A DNA stretch of 64,000 nucleotides from NCBI GenBank assembly GCA_017499595.2, contig CM038999.1, forward strand, positions 434,001 to 498,000, given 5' to 3'. Within the stretch, counting starts at the first letter, position 1. Each line of letters begins with the position of its first letter. The stretch is from Psilocybe cubensis. Its lineage: Eukaryota. Positions 51,438-62,233 of this stretch are shown here, piece by piece. Below the pieces are notes generated by a model. That model saw only the letters and a program-made list of their open reading frames with translations. It was not told where the DNA came from and ran no database searches. Both the position numbers and the translations under genes were made by a program.

Positions 51438-53990
51438 CTACTTTTTTTGGGCCTTGGATTTTTTGGGCGAGCGCGATGCTTCAGCCAGAGTCGTTTCCGC
51501 CTTTCGCTTTCGTCCAGCCCTTGTCTTTGTGGCTATGTTCGACGCGGGCAGCGTGGACGCCACGATCTCAACATCCTCCTCCTCCACAATTTCAACCTCG
51601 TCGCTGTCCGAGGGATCAGACAACTCCGAAGAGTGTCCATTCCCGGATGGCCCAGCCTTGGAGGATGGCTTAGCCTTTGACAATGGCTTAGCCTTTGAGG
51701 ATGGGCCGGCCTTTGACGATGGTGCACCCTTTGACAACGGTGCGGCCTTTGACGTCGAACTTCGAGGACGTGGAGCTGGGAGAGGGGGTGGTGGAGACAG
51801 GGAAAGGATGGGCGGTACCGGTGGGAGCGAGGGTCGGCCAGCTGGGGGGGGCGAAGGCGCTTCCGGAGTCGAACCGGGCAAGAATAGCGCTGTTGGTGGC
51901 GCAGACACGGCAGGGAGGACGGGTGCGGGTGGAGGTGGGGGAGGGGAAGGGAGGACAGGTGCTGGCGGTGGTGGAGGAGGGGAAGGGAGAATGGGTGCTG
52001 CTGGAGGTGGAGGTGGGGAAGGGAGGGGTGCTGGCGGTGGTGGTGCGCTTGGGGATTGTGGCACAGAGGTGGGTTCACGGGTCCGCGACGGACCCGATTC
52101 TTGTTCGACCTCCGTCTTGGAGGGTCCTGCTGCCTGTTTGGGGGCGGGATTCCTTTGTTCATCCTGCTCCAGCAAATCGTCGACCACATCTCGGACGTGG
52201 TTGATCCTCTTGGTGATGTCGTTGAACATCGTGACGGAAAGCGAGGTGCTTCCTGCCACTTGTTCTTTGGCCATGGTCCATTCGGCCTTCACCTCTTGGA
52301 TGCCGTCCTCGATGCTCTTCATCCTGTTCTCCACCGCCAAGTTCGTCTCGGCAAACGTCGCAATCCGTGCATTAATCGCCGTCATGGACGCGGATAACCC
52401 GTCCAGCCGTTCCATGATTCTGCCTTGGCGCTCAAAGAGCTGCACAAGCAGTTCTCCCACATCCTCGGGGAACGACCCTTCCCCGGCCTTCCCCTTCGCC
52501 GGAACATCTTCTCCCTCCTCCAACTTCAACGCCTCCCCATAGCTTCCCAGTGGCGTCGTCAAAAATTGACCCACGAAGGTGTTGCGCCCCGGGTAGAAGC
52601 TGCAGTGGATCTTGCGAGACTTGCAAGACTCGCAAGATTGGTGCTTCACGGGGACGAGAGGCTCAGTGCCTGTCTCCCCCTTGACATAGCATGGCACCTT
52701 GAATTTGATGCATGCCGTGCACCTTTCCACCATGTCCACCATCCCCTCTGGCACCTGGCGCACTTTCTGGGATCTCGACCGCGCCTTCCTGATGGGGGGG
52801 ACATCGTCCTCGGTGTCCTTCTTTACGGAACGCGTGCGCATCTTCCGGGTGGGGGTGGCAGTGGGGGTGGTAGGCGGTGCCCCTTTGTTATCGCCTTCGT
52901 CGTCCTCGTCGACGTCCGCGTCCGCGTCTTCGTCCGTGTGGCTTCCTATGATCGCCTTGCTCCTGAATTTCCCCTGCTTGGACTTCGCCAATCTTTCCAG
53001 CTTCTCCCTGTACGCTGGGTGACCGGGCATGTTGGAGGCGGTAATGTGGGGAATAATTTCCCCCTTCTTTGTCCGTGGGCCCCTGTAATCCGCTGGAGCC
53101 AACTGAATGGACTCCACGGGGTCCGCCGCTTTCCGTTTGCCCTTGTCTTTGTGGGCGTCTGTCACGGGTCCGTCTTCCACCGGGGGTTCGACTGCCTTGC
53201 CCTTGCCCTTCTCGGCCCGTCTCTTCTCCGTCTCCTCCTTGTTCCTCTCCTCGTCTGTCTCCTGCTCCTGCTCCTGCTCCTGCTCCCTCTTCCTCCTCTC
53301 CTCCGCCTTCTGCCTCTCCTGCTCCCTGGTCCTCCTCTCCTGCTCCCTCTTCCTCCTCTCATCCTTTCTCCTCTCCTCCACCTTCTGCTTCTCTTCCTCC
53401 CTCTTCCTCCTCTCCTCCTCCCTCTGCCTCTCCTCCTCCTCCTCCCTCTGCCTCTCCTCTTCCTCCTCCCTCTTCTTCTTCTCCTCCCTCTTCCTCCTCA
53501 CCTCCCTCTTCCTCCTCTCCTCCACCCTCTGCCTCTCCTCCTCCTCTTGCTCCTCCTTCTCCCTCCTCTTCTCTTGCTCCTCCTCCTCCCTCCTCTTCCT
53601 CTGTGCCTCCTGGCCTTCCTGGTAGGCCTTGAAGTTGGCGACTTGATGTTTGAGCGTCGCCCAGTCGACCTCAAACCTGTAGATGTTCTCGCCGTCCTTG
53701 CCCTGGATGACTTTGTACGAGTAGACAACGGGGCTCGCAACATAGTCAATGAGCCGGAAGCGTGCGGCGTCCCTGACATGCTCCTGACACAATGGAACCT
53801 ATTGGAATTTTTTTTTTTTTGTTGAGCAAGTCATGATCTTATAAAATTGAGAACTTACCAAGTCCCTGTAAAGCTGCTCCAACTCAGCGTTGAACGCGCT
53901 TTCACCGTTGCGGTAGCACTCGGTAAACTTTTTTTCCCAGTCAGCGAGGCGTTGGGCGAAGGTGGCGGTGGTGGAAGATGAAGCGGCCAT
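51438..53990 (-). CDS. Transposon cargo protein with Zn2Cys6-like cluster, Glu/Arg-rich helix, coiled coil and Pro-rich tail
   Basis: C-x2-C-x6-C-x18-C-x2-C-x6-C (CTACIKFKVPC...CESCKSRKIHC); first exon MAASSSTT splices to VPLCQEHVRD; C-terminal RKRK/PKKSKAQKK NLS-like motifs. Confidence 0.72.
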
Positions 53991-54296
53991 TGAAAAAAGC
54001 GTGTTTTTATGGGGGAAGACGCGTTAAAGTGGTGAGGCACGGTAGAACGTGAGGGTGGTGATCGTGGTTGGAGTTAGTCTAAAAAAAGTCTAAAAAAAAG
54101 CGGTCCCGCAAAACAAAACCATACACAAACATGTACAATCTGAGTCATGTGATTTCTTCACCAGATCCAGTTTGTGCAAAAGTTGCTAAGTTCGATACAC
54201 GGGTGAATCTATTTCCGTGTCATGGAGAATCCTTGGATAGTATTGTATTCCGTGAGATATATAAACAAGCCCACCCAGTTGCACTTTCTGGACTGT

Positions 54297-55762
54297 ATGT
54301 CCTCCTACAACTTTATTCCCACCTCTAGCAAAAATTCCCCCATTGACTACACCAGTCTCAACAATCTTACCAGGCTTCTTGAAAAACTGAAGGAACCTCC
54401 TCCCGTAAAACCTATAAAATGTAAGACTAATGGCATTAATTCAAGTAAATTTTAATTGATTTCTGAGCATCAGCAATGTCTTCAAATATTAGCAACTCTA
54501 AGGAAAGCAAACGCACAGCAAGGACGGATGACCTGGCTCCGCCGCCAATGCCAGTCATTCCAGATAACCTGGCTCCACCCCCTATGCCTGTTATTCCAGA
54601 TAACCTGGCTCCTCCCCCTATGCCAGTCATTTCATCTAACCTGGCTCCGCCCCCTATGCCAGTCATCCGGAAAGACCTGGCTCCGCCGCCAATGCCAGTA
54701 ATTCCAGCTAACCTGGCTCCACCCCCTATGCCTGTTATTCCAGCTAACCTGGCTCCGCCCCCTATGCCAGTCATCCGGAAAGACCTGGCTCCGCCGCCAA
54801 TGCCAGTAATTCCAGCTAGCCTGGCTCCACCCCCTATGCCAGTCATTCCAGCTAACCTGGCTCCGCCCCCTATGCCAGTCATCCGGAAAGACCTGGCTCC
54901 GCCGCCAATGCCAGTAATTCCAGCTAGCCTGGCTCCACCCCCTATGCCAGTCATTCCAGCTAACCTGGCTCCGCCGCCAATGCCAGTCATCCGGAATGAC
55001 ACGGCTCCGCCGCCAATGCCTGTCATCCGGAACGACACGGCTCCGCCGCCAATGCCTGTCATCCGGAACGACACGGCTCCGCCGCCAATGCCAATCATTC
55101 CAGATAACCTAGCTCCTCCCCCTATGCCTGTCATTCCACCTACCCTGGCTCCTCCCCCTATGCCTGTTATTCCAGATACCCTGGATCCTCCACCTATGCC
55201 TGTCATCCGGGATGATGTGGCTCCGCCGTTGATGGCAGCACATGTTTCATACACGTCTGTCGTCGACAAAATCATTATGGACTCTCGTCCAGCTATTTCC
55301 TCTGAGAGGAAGCAAGGTCGCTATTCTCCACCCCCTGAAGCATGCCACCTGCTCCTTCAAAACCCTTATTTTCGAACCTACGGCAGGTTTGATCCCATGG
55401 GCGGCTACCCCGGTTCGCCTCCCACCCAGTCTGACATTGAGTTCGAGGATGTGACAGATCAGACGGCATATTTTAACCCTCCTTTTCTATATGTATGCAC
55501 TCAGATATTACCAAGCACTAGATACTGACAACTATTTTAGAATTATACCGAGCAGCAGCTACGGGCAACATACGACCAAATAATCGACAGTTCCGTCGGC
55601 GACAATAGTTATGACAGCAAGGTCACAACGTTTAAGAACCTCCGCCTGCATCAGCTGCAGTCAGAAATTCTGACTTATAATGCGCTGGAGGAAATTGACG
55701 CTGGGCTGGCAGGGATTGAATCGAGTTTGGAAAAGCATTTGTATACCGGTAGAGATGAATAA
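54297..55762 (+). CDS. Transposon cargo protein with about 20 proline-rich 12-aa repeats and a helical C-terminus
   Basis: xxLAPPPMPVIx repeats; GT-AG introns at about 54421-54473 and 55492-55540 keep the frame to TAA at 55762; start could alternatively be 54222 or 54476. Confidence 0.62.
54527..55234 (+). repeat. Coding minisatellite, 36-bp unit, about 19.7 copies
   Basis: Repeated ACCTGGCTCCnCCnCCnATGCCnGTnAT; partial 108-bp higher-order periodicity. Confidence 0.95.
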
Positions 55763-55840
55763 ATTATTTTTGGAGCCCTTGTGCTCATTGATTCGCAATA
55801 CCTCTCAAATATCCCTCCCTCTCTGGGAAGATACGGGTCA

Positions 55841-56158
55841 AATGGGTCCGTCTGACAGCACAACACGGGTCAAGCGGATCCGTCTGCTTGCAATACACGG
55901 GATGCAAATGGACCCGTCCGGCTCATTTCCGGCCCGTGTTTCTTCCGTGTAGGTAGACGCGCGGATCCCGCAGGCCACCCGGCGGCTCCATTTAGCGCTA
56001 AATGGCACGTCATGTACGCTATGATTTGCCAGGCTAAATCACACGTACATCACGCTAATCTCCTAATTAGGTAGCGGGAGTAAATCCACCGTATGTCACG
56101 TAATATCCTTATTATTAAATCTTAGGTAATGTACGTTATAAATAAACTGTCTTATGTG
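55841..56158 (-). repeat. Right terminal inverted repeat (318 bp)
   Basis: Reverse complement of 40428-40745. Confidence 0.95.
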
Positions 56159-56233
56159 ATCTGCTCTATTTTGTATACGTCGGTTAATCCTCTATTAGCC
56201 TTTTTTCCGAATTCTTCAACGCAATCCACCCAT

Positions 56234-58415
56234 ATGTCACTTTTGCGGACGGTACAACATCTCCTGACCTACAAACGAGCTCCCTCGAATAAAAGGCAGA
56301 ATTGTGTGGCCGGAGGCCCTTCAACTCAAACCGCCAACGTCAAAATCCAAAACCATACAAGGTCTTTACTGGAGCAGGCACCAAAATCGCTCCCCAAATC
56401 ACCAATCCACACCCTACCGATTGAAGTTCTGAGTTTGATTTTCTCTATGTGCCTCCCGGATTTGACAACCGAACCTTACGAACGACATTCGTGGACCTCA
56501 ATCCCATCTTTCAATATCTCATGGGTGTGCAGTGATTGGAGGACAATGGCTCTTGGAACCCCTCTTTTATGGACCGTCTTGGCGGACATCGACCTCACAA
56601 GATCGAGTTATGCTTCTTTACGCTCATACCTTCGATTCATAGGGGAACTACTTCACCGCTCAGGGAACATGGACCTCACTATATTCATCTATGCCCCAGG
56701 AGTATACGAAAGCGAGGCAATCAAACATCCTATTATCAATTTTCTTCTTGAGAGCAGGGAGAGGTGGGGCACACTGATGTTTCACAGCGGAATACCTGTC
56801 ATCAATTTGTTTTGCAACGACGGCCATGAATACATATTCCCTCGATTGCGCAAACTCGGGCTCAACATGTGCATTCGACCGCCCCATATGAAGATTCTTG
56901 GCTTTGCCAACGCACCATTGTTGGAGGACGTATCTGTCTCAGGCCTTTTCCCAGATCAGTTGCTATTGCCCTATGAACATTTAAAATCATACAGAGAAGG
57001 AGGCCTCTCCCATTCTGTCGATCCCGTTCCAGCGTTCCTAAAAAATGTCCTCATGCACGGCAAGAGGCTGGAGAGGCTGGAAATACTAGGTATAAACTAT
57101 TTCATCCCAATGATTCCAAACCCACCACGTAACCTCAAGGTTCTACATCTAAGATTGGACAGCATGCGTAGCCCTGACTTTCTGGGCGGTACTTTTTTAG
57201 ATGCCCTCAACCTTCCCTTTCTCGAAGAGCTGAAATTTAGGGGGATGTACATCAAAGACAATGCAATTGTCGAAGATCTTCTATGTCGCTCTATCATGTC
57301 GAATCAACAACTACCACTTCGTATATTACATCTTCGATCGGCTTTTCCTACTTCAACCGCCGGCAACCTCTGGAGATTCTTACAGATGACACCGTTTCTT
57401 CAGGAGCTCAGTATAGACATGCCACATATCAACGATATGATCCAGCTCATTCAGAACATGGCTCCATCAGGCTGTCTATCCCGGTTACAAAGAATGGCCA
57501 TCCATCTAGAGCAAAAAAATATCAAGGACCGATGGCGTAGTACTCTAGACGATCTGACAGCAAAGTTTTGCGAACCTCTCTCAAGCGAAGCGACTGGCGA
57601 TCAGTGCCGCGAATTGCAGCTGATATTTCCTAGCCGTTTTGAAGCGCGTTACGTCCAAGATATGTTAAATTTGTGGAACACTGTACAATGTTAGTGCCCA
57701 GTCACTAAGTTGATCAATGCTAACATAGCACTATAGTGGATCCCATACATACTGCAGACTTAGAAAAGCTCGAAGGATGGCGATCAAAACTCCACGATAT
57801 ATTGCCAAATGCGAATGATGAGTGGACGCCACCTTGCTGGAAATCAACAAAGGGATTACTTACTCCGGGCCGGGGACGCCTACATGACATGGGCTTTGTC
57901 TCTCACCTAGAACGCCTTTTCGGGGAGATTGCAAACTTTGAGCTGACCACCATCAAGTGTCCTTGCCTATATGTATGTAACTCTCCGTCACGCTAATTGT
58001 CTGCTTTCCCCAGCCGGGTGTTAATAATTGTTTGGACCCAGTTCTCCAGATTACTTTATTCTTTGCACTGTCTGAGCGAGTTAAAAGTTACAGCCTGGAG
58101 TCCGCTCACATCCCGCGAAAAGCAACACAAGTTACTCCGACAATCGAAGCAGCTTCTGGAAAAATGGAAACCAATTTTGTTACATGACCTGGTGAAGGAA
58201 CAAAAGGACAGATGGGTCTCTAAAGGTATTCGTTCCCTTGTCCTTATCCCAAAGAATCACGGTAAGCTACGATTGACAACAAATCTGCCATATACTTATC
58301 ATCCACTTTTACTTCTTTTCCAGCATTACATCAGTCACCCCGGGCGGTAGAATTAATCTACGGTCTGCATGAAGACATAGAAGATCGCAATTTGTTGTGG
58401 CCAGCTAGTTGTTGA
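56234..58415 (+). CDS. F-box-like protein (multi-exon; 3' end uncertain)
   Basis: SPIHTLPIEVLSLIF...SWVCSDWRTMALGTPLLWT; ERW; FPRLRKL, APLLEDV and LPFLEEL repeats; downstream exons linked by GT-AG introns; stop at 58350 or 58415. Confidence 0.75.
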
Positions 58416-58512
58416 GCGAGTGCTTATCATTCATACAAACTTGTCTTTGGTTCTGTAATCTTGAAAACACATTGATTCGGTACGGTATGAATATCATACT
58501 CTTCCAATGCCT

Positions 58513-59040
58513 TTAACGTCTATCATTCGTTATACATGGACAACCATGTTGACTCCAATGACATAGTATTGGCAAATTATCATAGCAAAGATATTCAGAA
58601 AGACTTACATATTCGTCAGTGTGGTCCTTGCACCATATATCGGTTTCCCTCTTCTGACCATTGCTTGCCCTCATCGGCAAGAATGATATTGGCATGTTAA
58701 TTGTTATATGATAGGTTAGTTTCACTTTGGTGTTGATCGCAATGTCCTTATCCTTAGCATACTGGCGAATGCACTGGTGGATATTCTGCGTCATCTCGTT
58801 GTGGAATGTGACATTCACTTCTCTAAGTAAAGCCGTTGGTGTAGAAGGTGACGGGTCCATCCGGCTGGTAATAAATTGTAGGAGCTTTGCGTCTGACAGC
58901 GCGTTGATCTTCACCATTGGTAAAATCTCTAGTGTCTCCAAGTGTGGTAGCAATGGGACCCCTGATGTGATGGAGGTACCCTGTGTATTATTTCCATTAG
59001 TAAGAAACACGCCATCAAAGTCCCAGCGTGTGGTGGTGTA
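58513..59040 (-). pseudogene. Orphan paralogous copy of the F-box protein C-terminal region
   Basis: WDFDGVF...ITSGVPLLPHLETLEI...LLQFITSRMDPSP aligns with WNFRDVF...ITSGAEPLLPNLETLEI...LLEFIINRMDPSP of the neighbouring gene; no F-box N-terminus seen. Confidence 0.62.
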
Positions 59041-59261
59041 ACTTTGGCCCGGGGCTAGTCCTGTCCGTCTAGTAATAACCGGTACCGTCCAACCTGGTGC
59101 CTTACTATACTACCGTTTCTGGGATATATATACTGTCCGTGATTAAGAAAATCGGTTCTTTTACGTGAGTGTCAGACAGCAGCGTTACAACATATGATAC
59201 ACAGAATCAAGATTGTGGCATTTTCTATTCTTCAATTGTTTGCCAAAGCCAAACTTGTTGA

Positions 59262-62233
59262 CTAAGAAATGCGCATATGAGCGAATAAAGTCATCATGGA
59301 AGATATTGAAGAACTAACCTCTTCATCGGCACGATCAGAACTCCACGCAGTAAACTGGAAATTCTTTCTGGTCATTAAGATTGTTTCGGCGATGGCTAAT
59401 TGCGGTGATTTGCTGGGCAACGAGTAGTCCAATTCGAGTTTGATGTTACTTGGAATACCAGCTTCTCTAGCATGCTTGAGAACGACTTCTTCAATGCTCA
59501 TCTTGCTCTTCCGATAGAAAGCTACCTTTACATGTTTTAGGAGCTTATACGAGCTGAGGGGTGAGGGGTCCATTCTGTTGATAATGAACTCAAGCAAGCT
59601 TACGTCTTTCAGAGCAGCGACCTTGGCCGAAATTTCCAGTGTCTCCAAATTCGGAAGAAGGGGCTCCGCCCCAGAGGTGATGACCATACAGTTGAACCCC
59701 TCTTAACCCATACCTCTCAAAACCCATAACCCCTGGTAACCCATAGCATCAGCTGTCCACCAACTTGGTTCGCAGGGAATTGCACACCATAACCCATAAG
59801 TCCGCAATAACCCATAACCCATACCCCTTCGCTCTCAAAACCCATAGGTTTTACCTACCATATATAGGCTGGGACCTTTACTTTTGTGTCAAAATTTAGT
59901 ACGCCGGTGGCTTATTTGGGTAATGTACCACTGAAACCTCCTCGTAGCTACAAAAAATGAAAAAATTTCGCCGGAGACACACTGGCTTGGAAACTTCGGC
60001 AATCATTCGGCAAAGAATTTTTCAACCCCGCTCCGTTCTTACCAAATACATCAGCGACATGGACAATCCTACTGCCCGTACAATTGAAACACTTTTGGAC
60101 TCATTAAATAGAAAACTGCACCTTGAAGAGCCAGAACAATGAAAGATACTGTAGTAACTGATTATTTTAGATCATAGCTAGTAGTACCTTAAATGTATCT
60201 AATTGGTATCCGTCTTGTCATCGAGGAATTTTTTGTGTATTTTTAACGATTTTTTCGCGAATTTTCAGGCCTGTTTTTAGCATACCTCCTGAAACCCATA
60301 ACCCCTGATAACCCATACCCTGAGCCGTCCACCGAGAGGTATGGGTTAAGAGGGGTTCAACTGTATCAATAAACACATCCCTAAAATTCCACTTGGTGTC
60401 AGATAAGTCGTCATCATAATATGTATACAATAATGGTAATCGTCTGCCCCACTGGTTGGTAGTCGGGGGTGTTGAGATTCCATAGACCAGATGTTTCACA
60501 GAACTTGCCGTACAAAGAATTTCAGAGACCTCTGCATTGGTAAAGAATTGGGTACTGAGCGATAACTTCCACAATTTATCGGCCTTTGAGATAAGCCTGC
60601 AAATGGGGGGTGTTCGGTGGTTATTGACAAAGGGAGCGTGAGTGAGAGTAACAGGCGGATTAACCTGAGGAACATGGGTTGGTATATTGACACCTAGAGG
60701 GTTAGCTTGGTTGGCCTGACCCGGCGGATTAGCAGGAGCATGCATAGGTGGATTAAGAGATGGATGGTTCGCAGCATGGGCCGGAGCATGGACCTGCGGA
60801 TTAGCAGAAACATGACCCGCTAAATTAACATGTGCTTGGAAGGTTGGTCCGGAAACAAGCTGAGTTAGATTATGGATGGCCTGTAGATGATGACCCAGCC
60901 CACCCGCAACCGAGTTCACATTGTGTGGGGTGGAGGAGGAGGAGGATTTTGAATGATATGACAGAACTTCAAGTTGAGGGACAACGAAACTGTCGTAGAA
61001 ACTACAGAGAATATTTGAGGCTTGATCCGAAACATACAATGCCCGCAGTTCAGGAAGATGCAAAGGTGGATACAAAACATCATTACCGTTCCACTCTGCT
61101 ACGGTTGGAACTAAAATCATCTTCAAGTGAACAAGGCGAAAACATTGGGCAAGTGTTTTTGAAGCTTCCAAAGTAGATATGTACGAATGCAGCGATAAAT
61201 GAGTGAGCGTTGCCCAAGGAGAAGCCACCTTTGTTATGAAGTCAGGAGGCACATGGAGCGAATACCTTTTCAAGTCAGGAGTGACAAGTTCAGAGTTAGG
61301 GATATCCCGTGGGTGGATTAGATAGTTATCCCATTCCCCTTGATTATGATGAGATACTCGTAAAGTAGCGAGATTTCCCAGTGGCATTCGACCGATAGCA
61401 GCAGCTAATGTGGCATATTTTTGTACCGGCATCGTCAATTCAACATTCTGCCATCGGTGTGCTTCGACAACCAGGTCCATTAGTAACCTTCGCGAGAGAT
61501 GTGAACTCTTGGAATCATCCTGTGTGCTGGTAGGTTGGTTATCTGAGTAGAGGAGTGAAAAGGATAAAAGGCAGGCCCTCGACCGCCGAAGCCATTCTTC
61601 TACCATTTCACATTGGATATGAAGTCTTTTTATCAGTTTGGCCGTACGAGATTCAACTTTGGAACTGTCCATCAAGTCGTCTGAGGATGAAAGTGCGTCG
61701 TCGTATTTCGGACGCGTGCAGTTGAAAGTAATGTGCATCCTGGCCCACAAAAGGGGTGATGACAGTGCGATGGACCTCCAGAAGCTGCATACATGAGTGA
61801 GGAGCATTGGTGCCCTAGTCGTAGATAAGTCATGATCACAGTCGTTGTCGACGCAGTGAAAGAATATTTCACGAAAGATGTCCGCAGGAATTCGGCGAAT
61901 TGGCGACATGACGTTATTGTAGCAAGATATGGTTTTGTCAACCTTCCTTCGTTTATCCCTTAGACCCTTTAGCTGCATTTCGAGGGTCAGTATCTGCGAG
62001 TCAAGAATCTCTTTCTCCTGCATTGGCTTTCCCAAGAGTCGCTGTACTTCAATAACAGCGGGTTGCTTTTTGTATTTTGTTTTCTTCGTGTTGGTTGCTC
62101 TGACAGTGACAGTAATATGCATGATTTTGACAAGGCTAGAAGCGTGAAATCGAGCATGCAGATTGCCTTTTATTCTAATTCTCGATGTGCATTGTGCAAC
62201 AAGTTGTGGATTACCGCTCCTCAGGATCTGCAT
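59262..62233 (-). pseudogene. F-box-like gene interrupted by a MITE
   Basis: Coiled coil then SPIRRIPADIFREIF...LTHVCSFWRSIALSSPLLW; removing 59689-60363 plus one TA restores VFID-MVITSGAEPLLP in frame; start codon and 3' end uncertain. Confidence 0.78.
59689..60363. mobile_element. Tc1/mariner(pogo)-type MITE, 675 bp, 30-bp TIRs, TA TSD
   Basis: CAGTTGAACCCCTCTTAACCCATACCTCTC at 59689-59718 and its reverse complement at 60334-60363; TA at 59687-59688 and 60364-60365. Confidence 0.92.

Larger units (their letters stand above)
40428..56158. mobile_element. Full-length KDZ-superfamily DNA transposon (15,731 bp) carrying TET/JBP and four further genes
   Basis: 318-bp TIRs beginning CACATAAG, TSD ATCTGCT at 40421-40427 and 56159-56165, internal CxC2-KDZ transposase. 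Confidence 0.93.

Noticed and set aside
51454-53825. Long plus-strand ORFs (362 aa and 466 aa)
   Set aside because: Antisense shadows of the low-complexity, GC- and purine-biased minus-strand gene.
54527-55234. 36-bp periodic array resembling a CRISPR array
   Set aside because: Head-to-tail units with no unique spacers, in-frame coding, eukaryotic context, no cas genes.
54436-55275. Minus-strand ORF with GIGGGA repeats
   Set aside because: Antisense of the Pro-repeat gene; the splice signals and the non-repeat C-terminal exon support the plus strand.
59700-59850. Telomere-like AACCCATA repeats
   Set aside because: Not tandem CCCTAA; they are dispersed subterminal repeats of the MITE.
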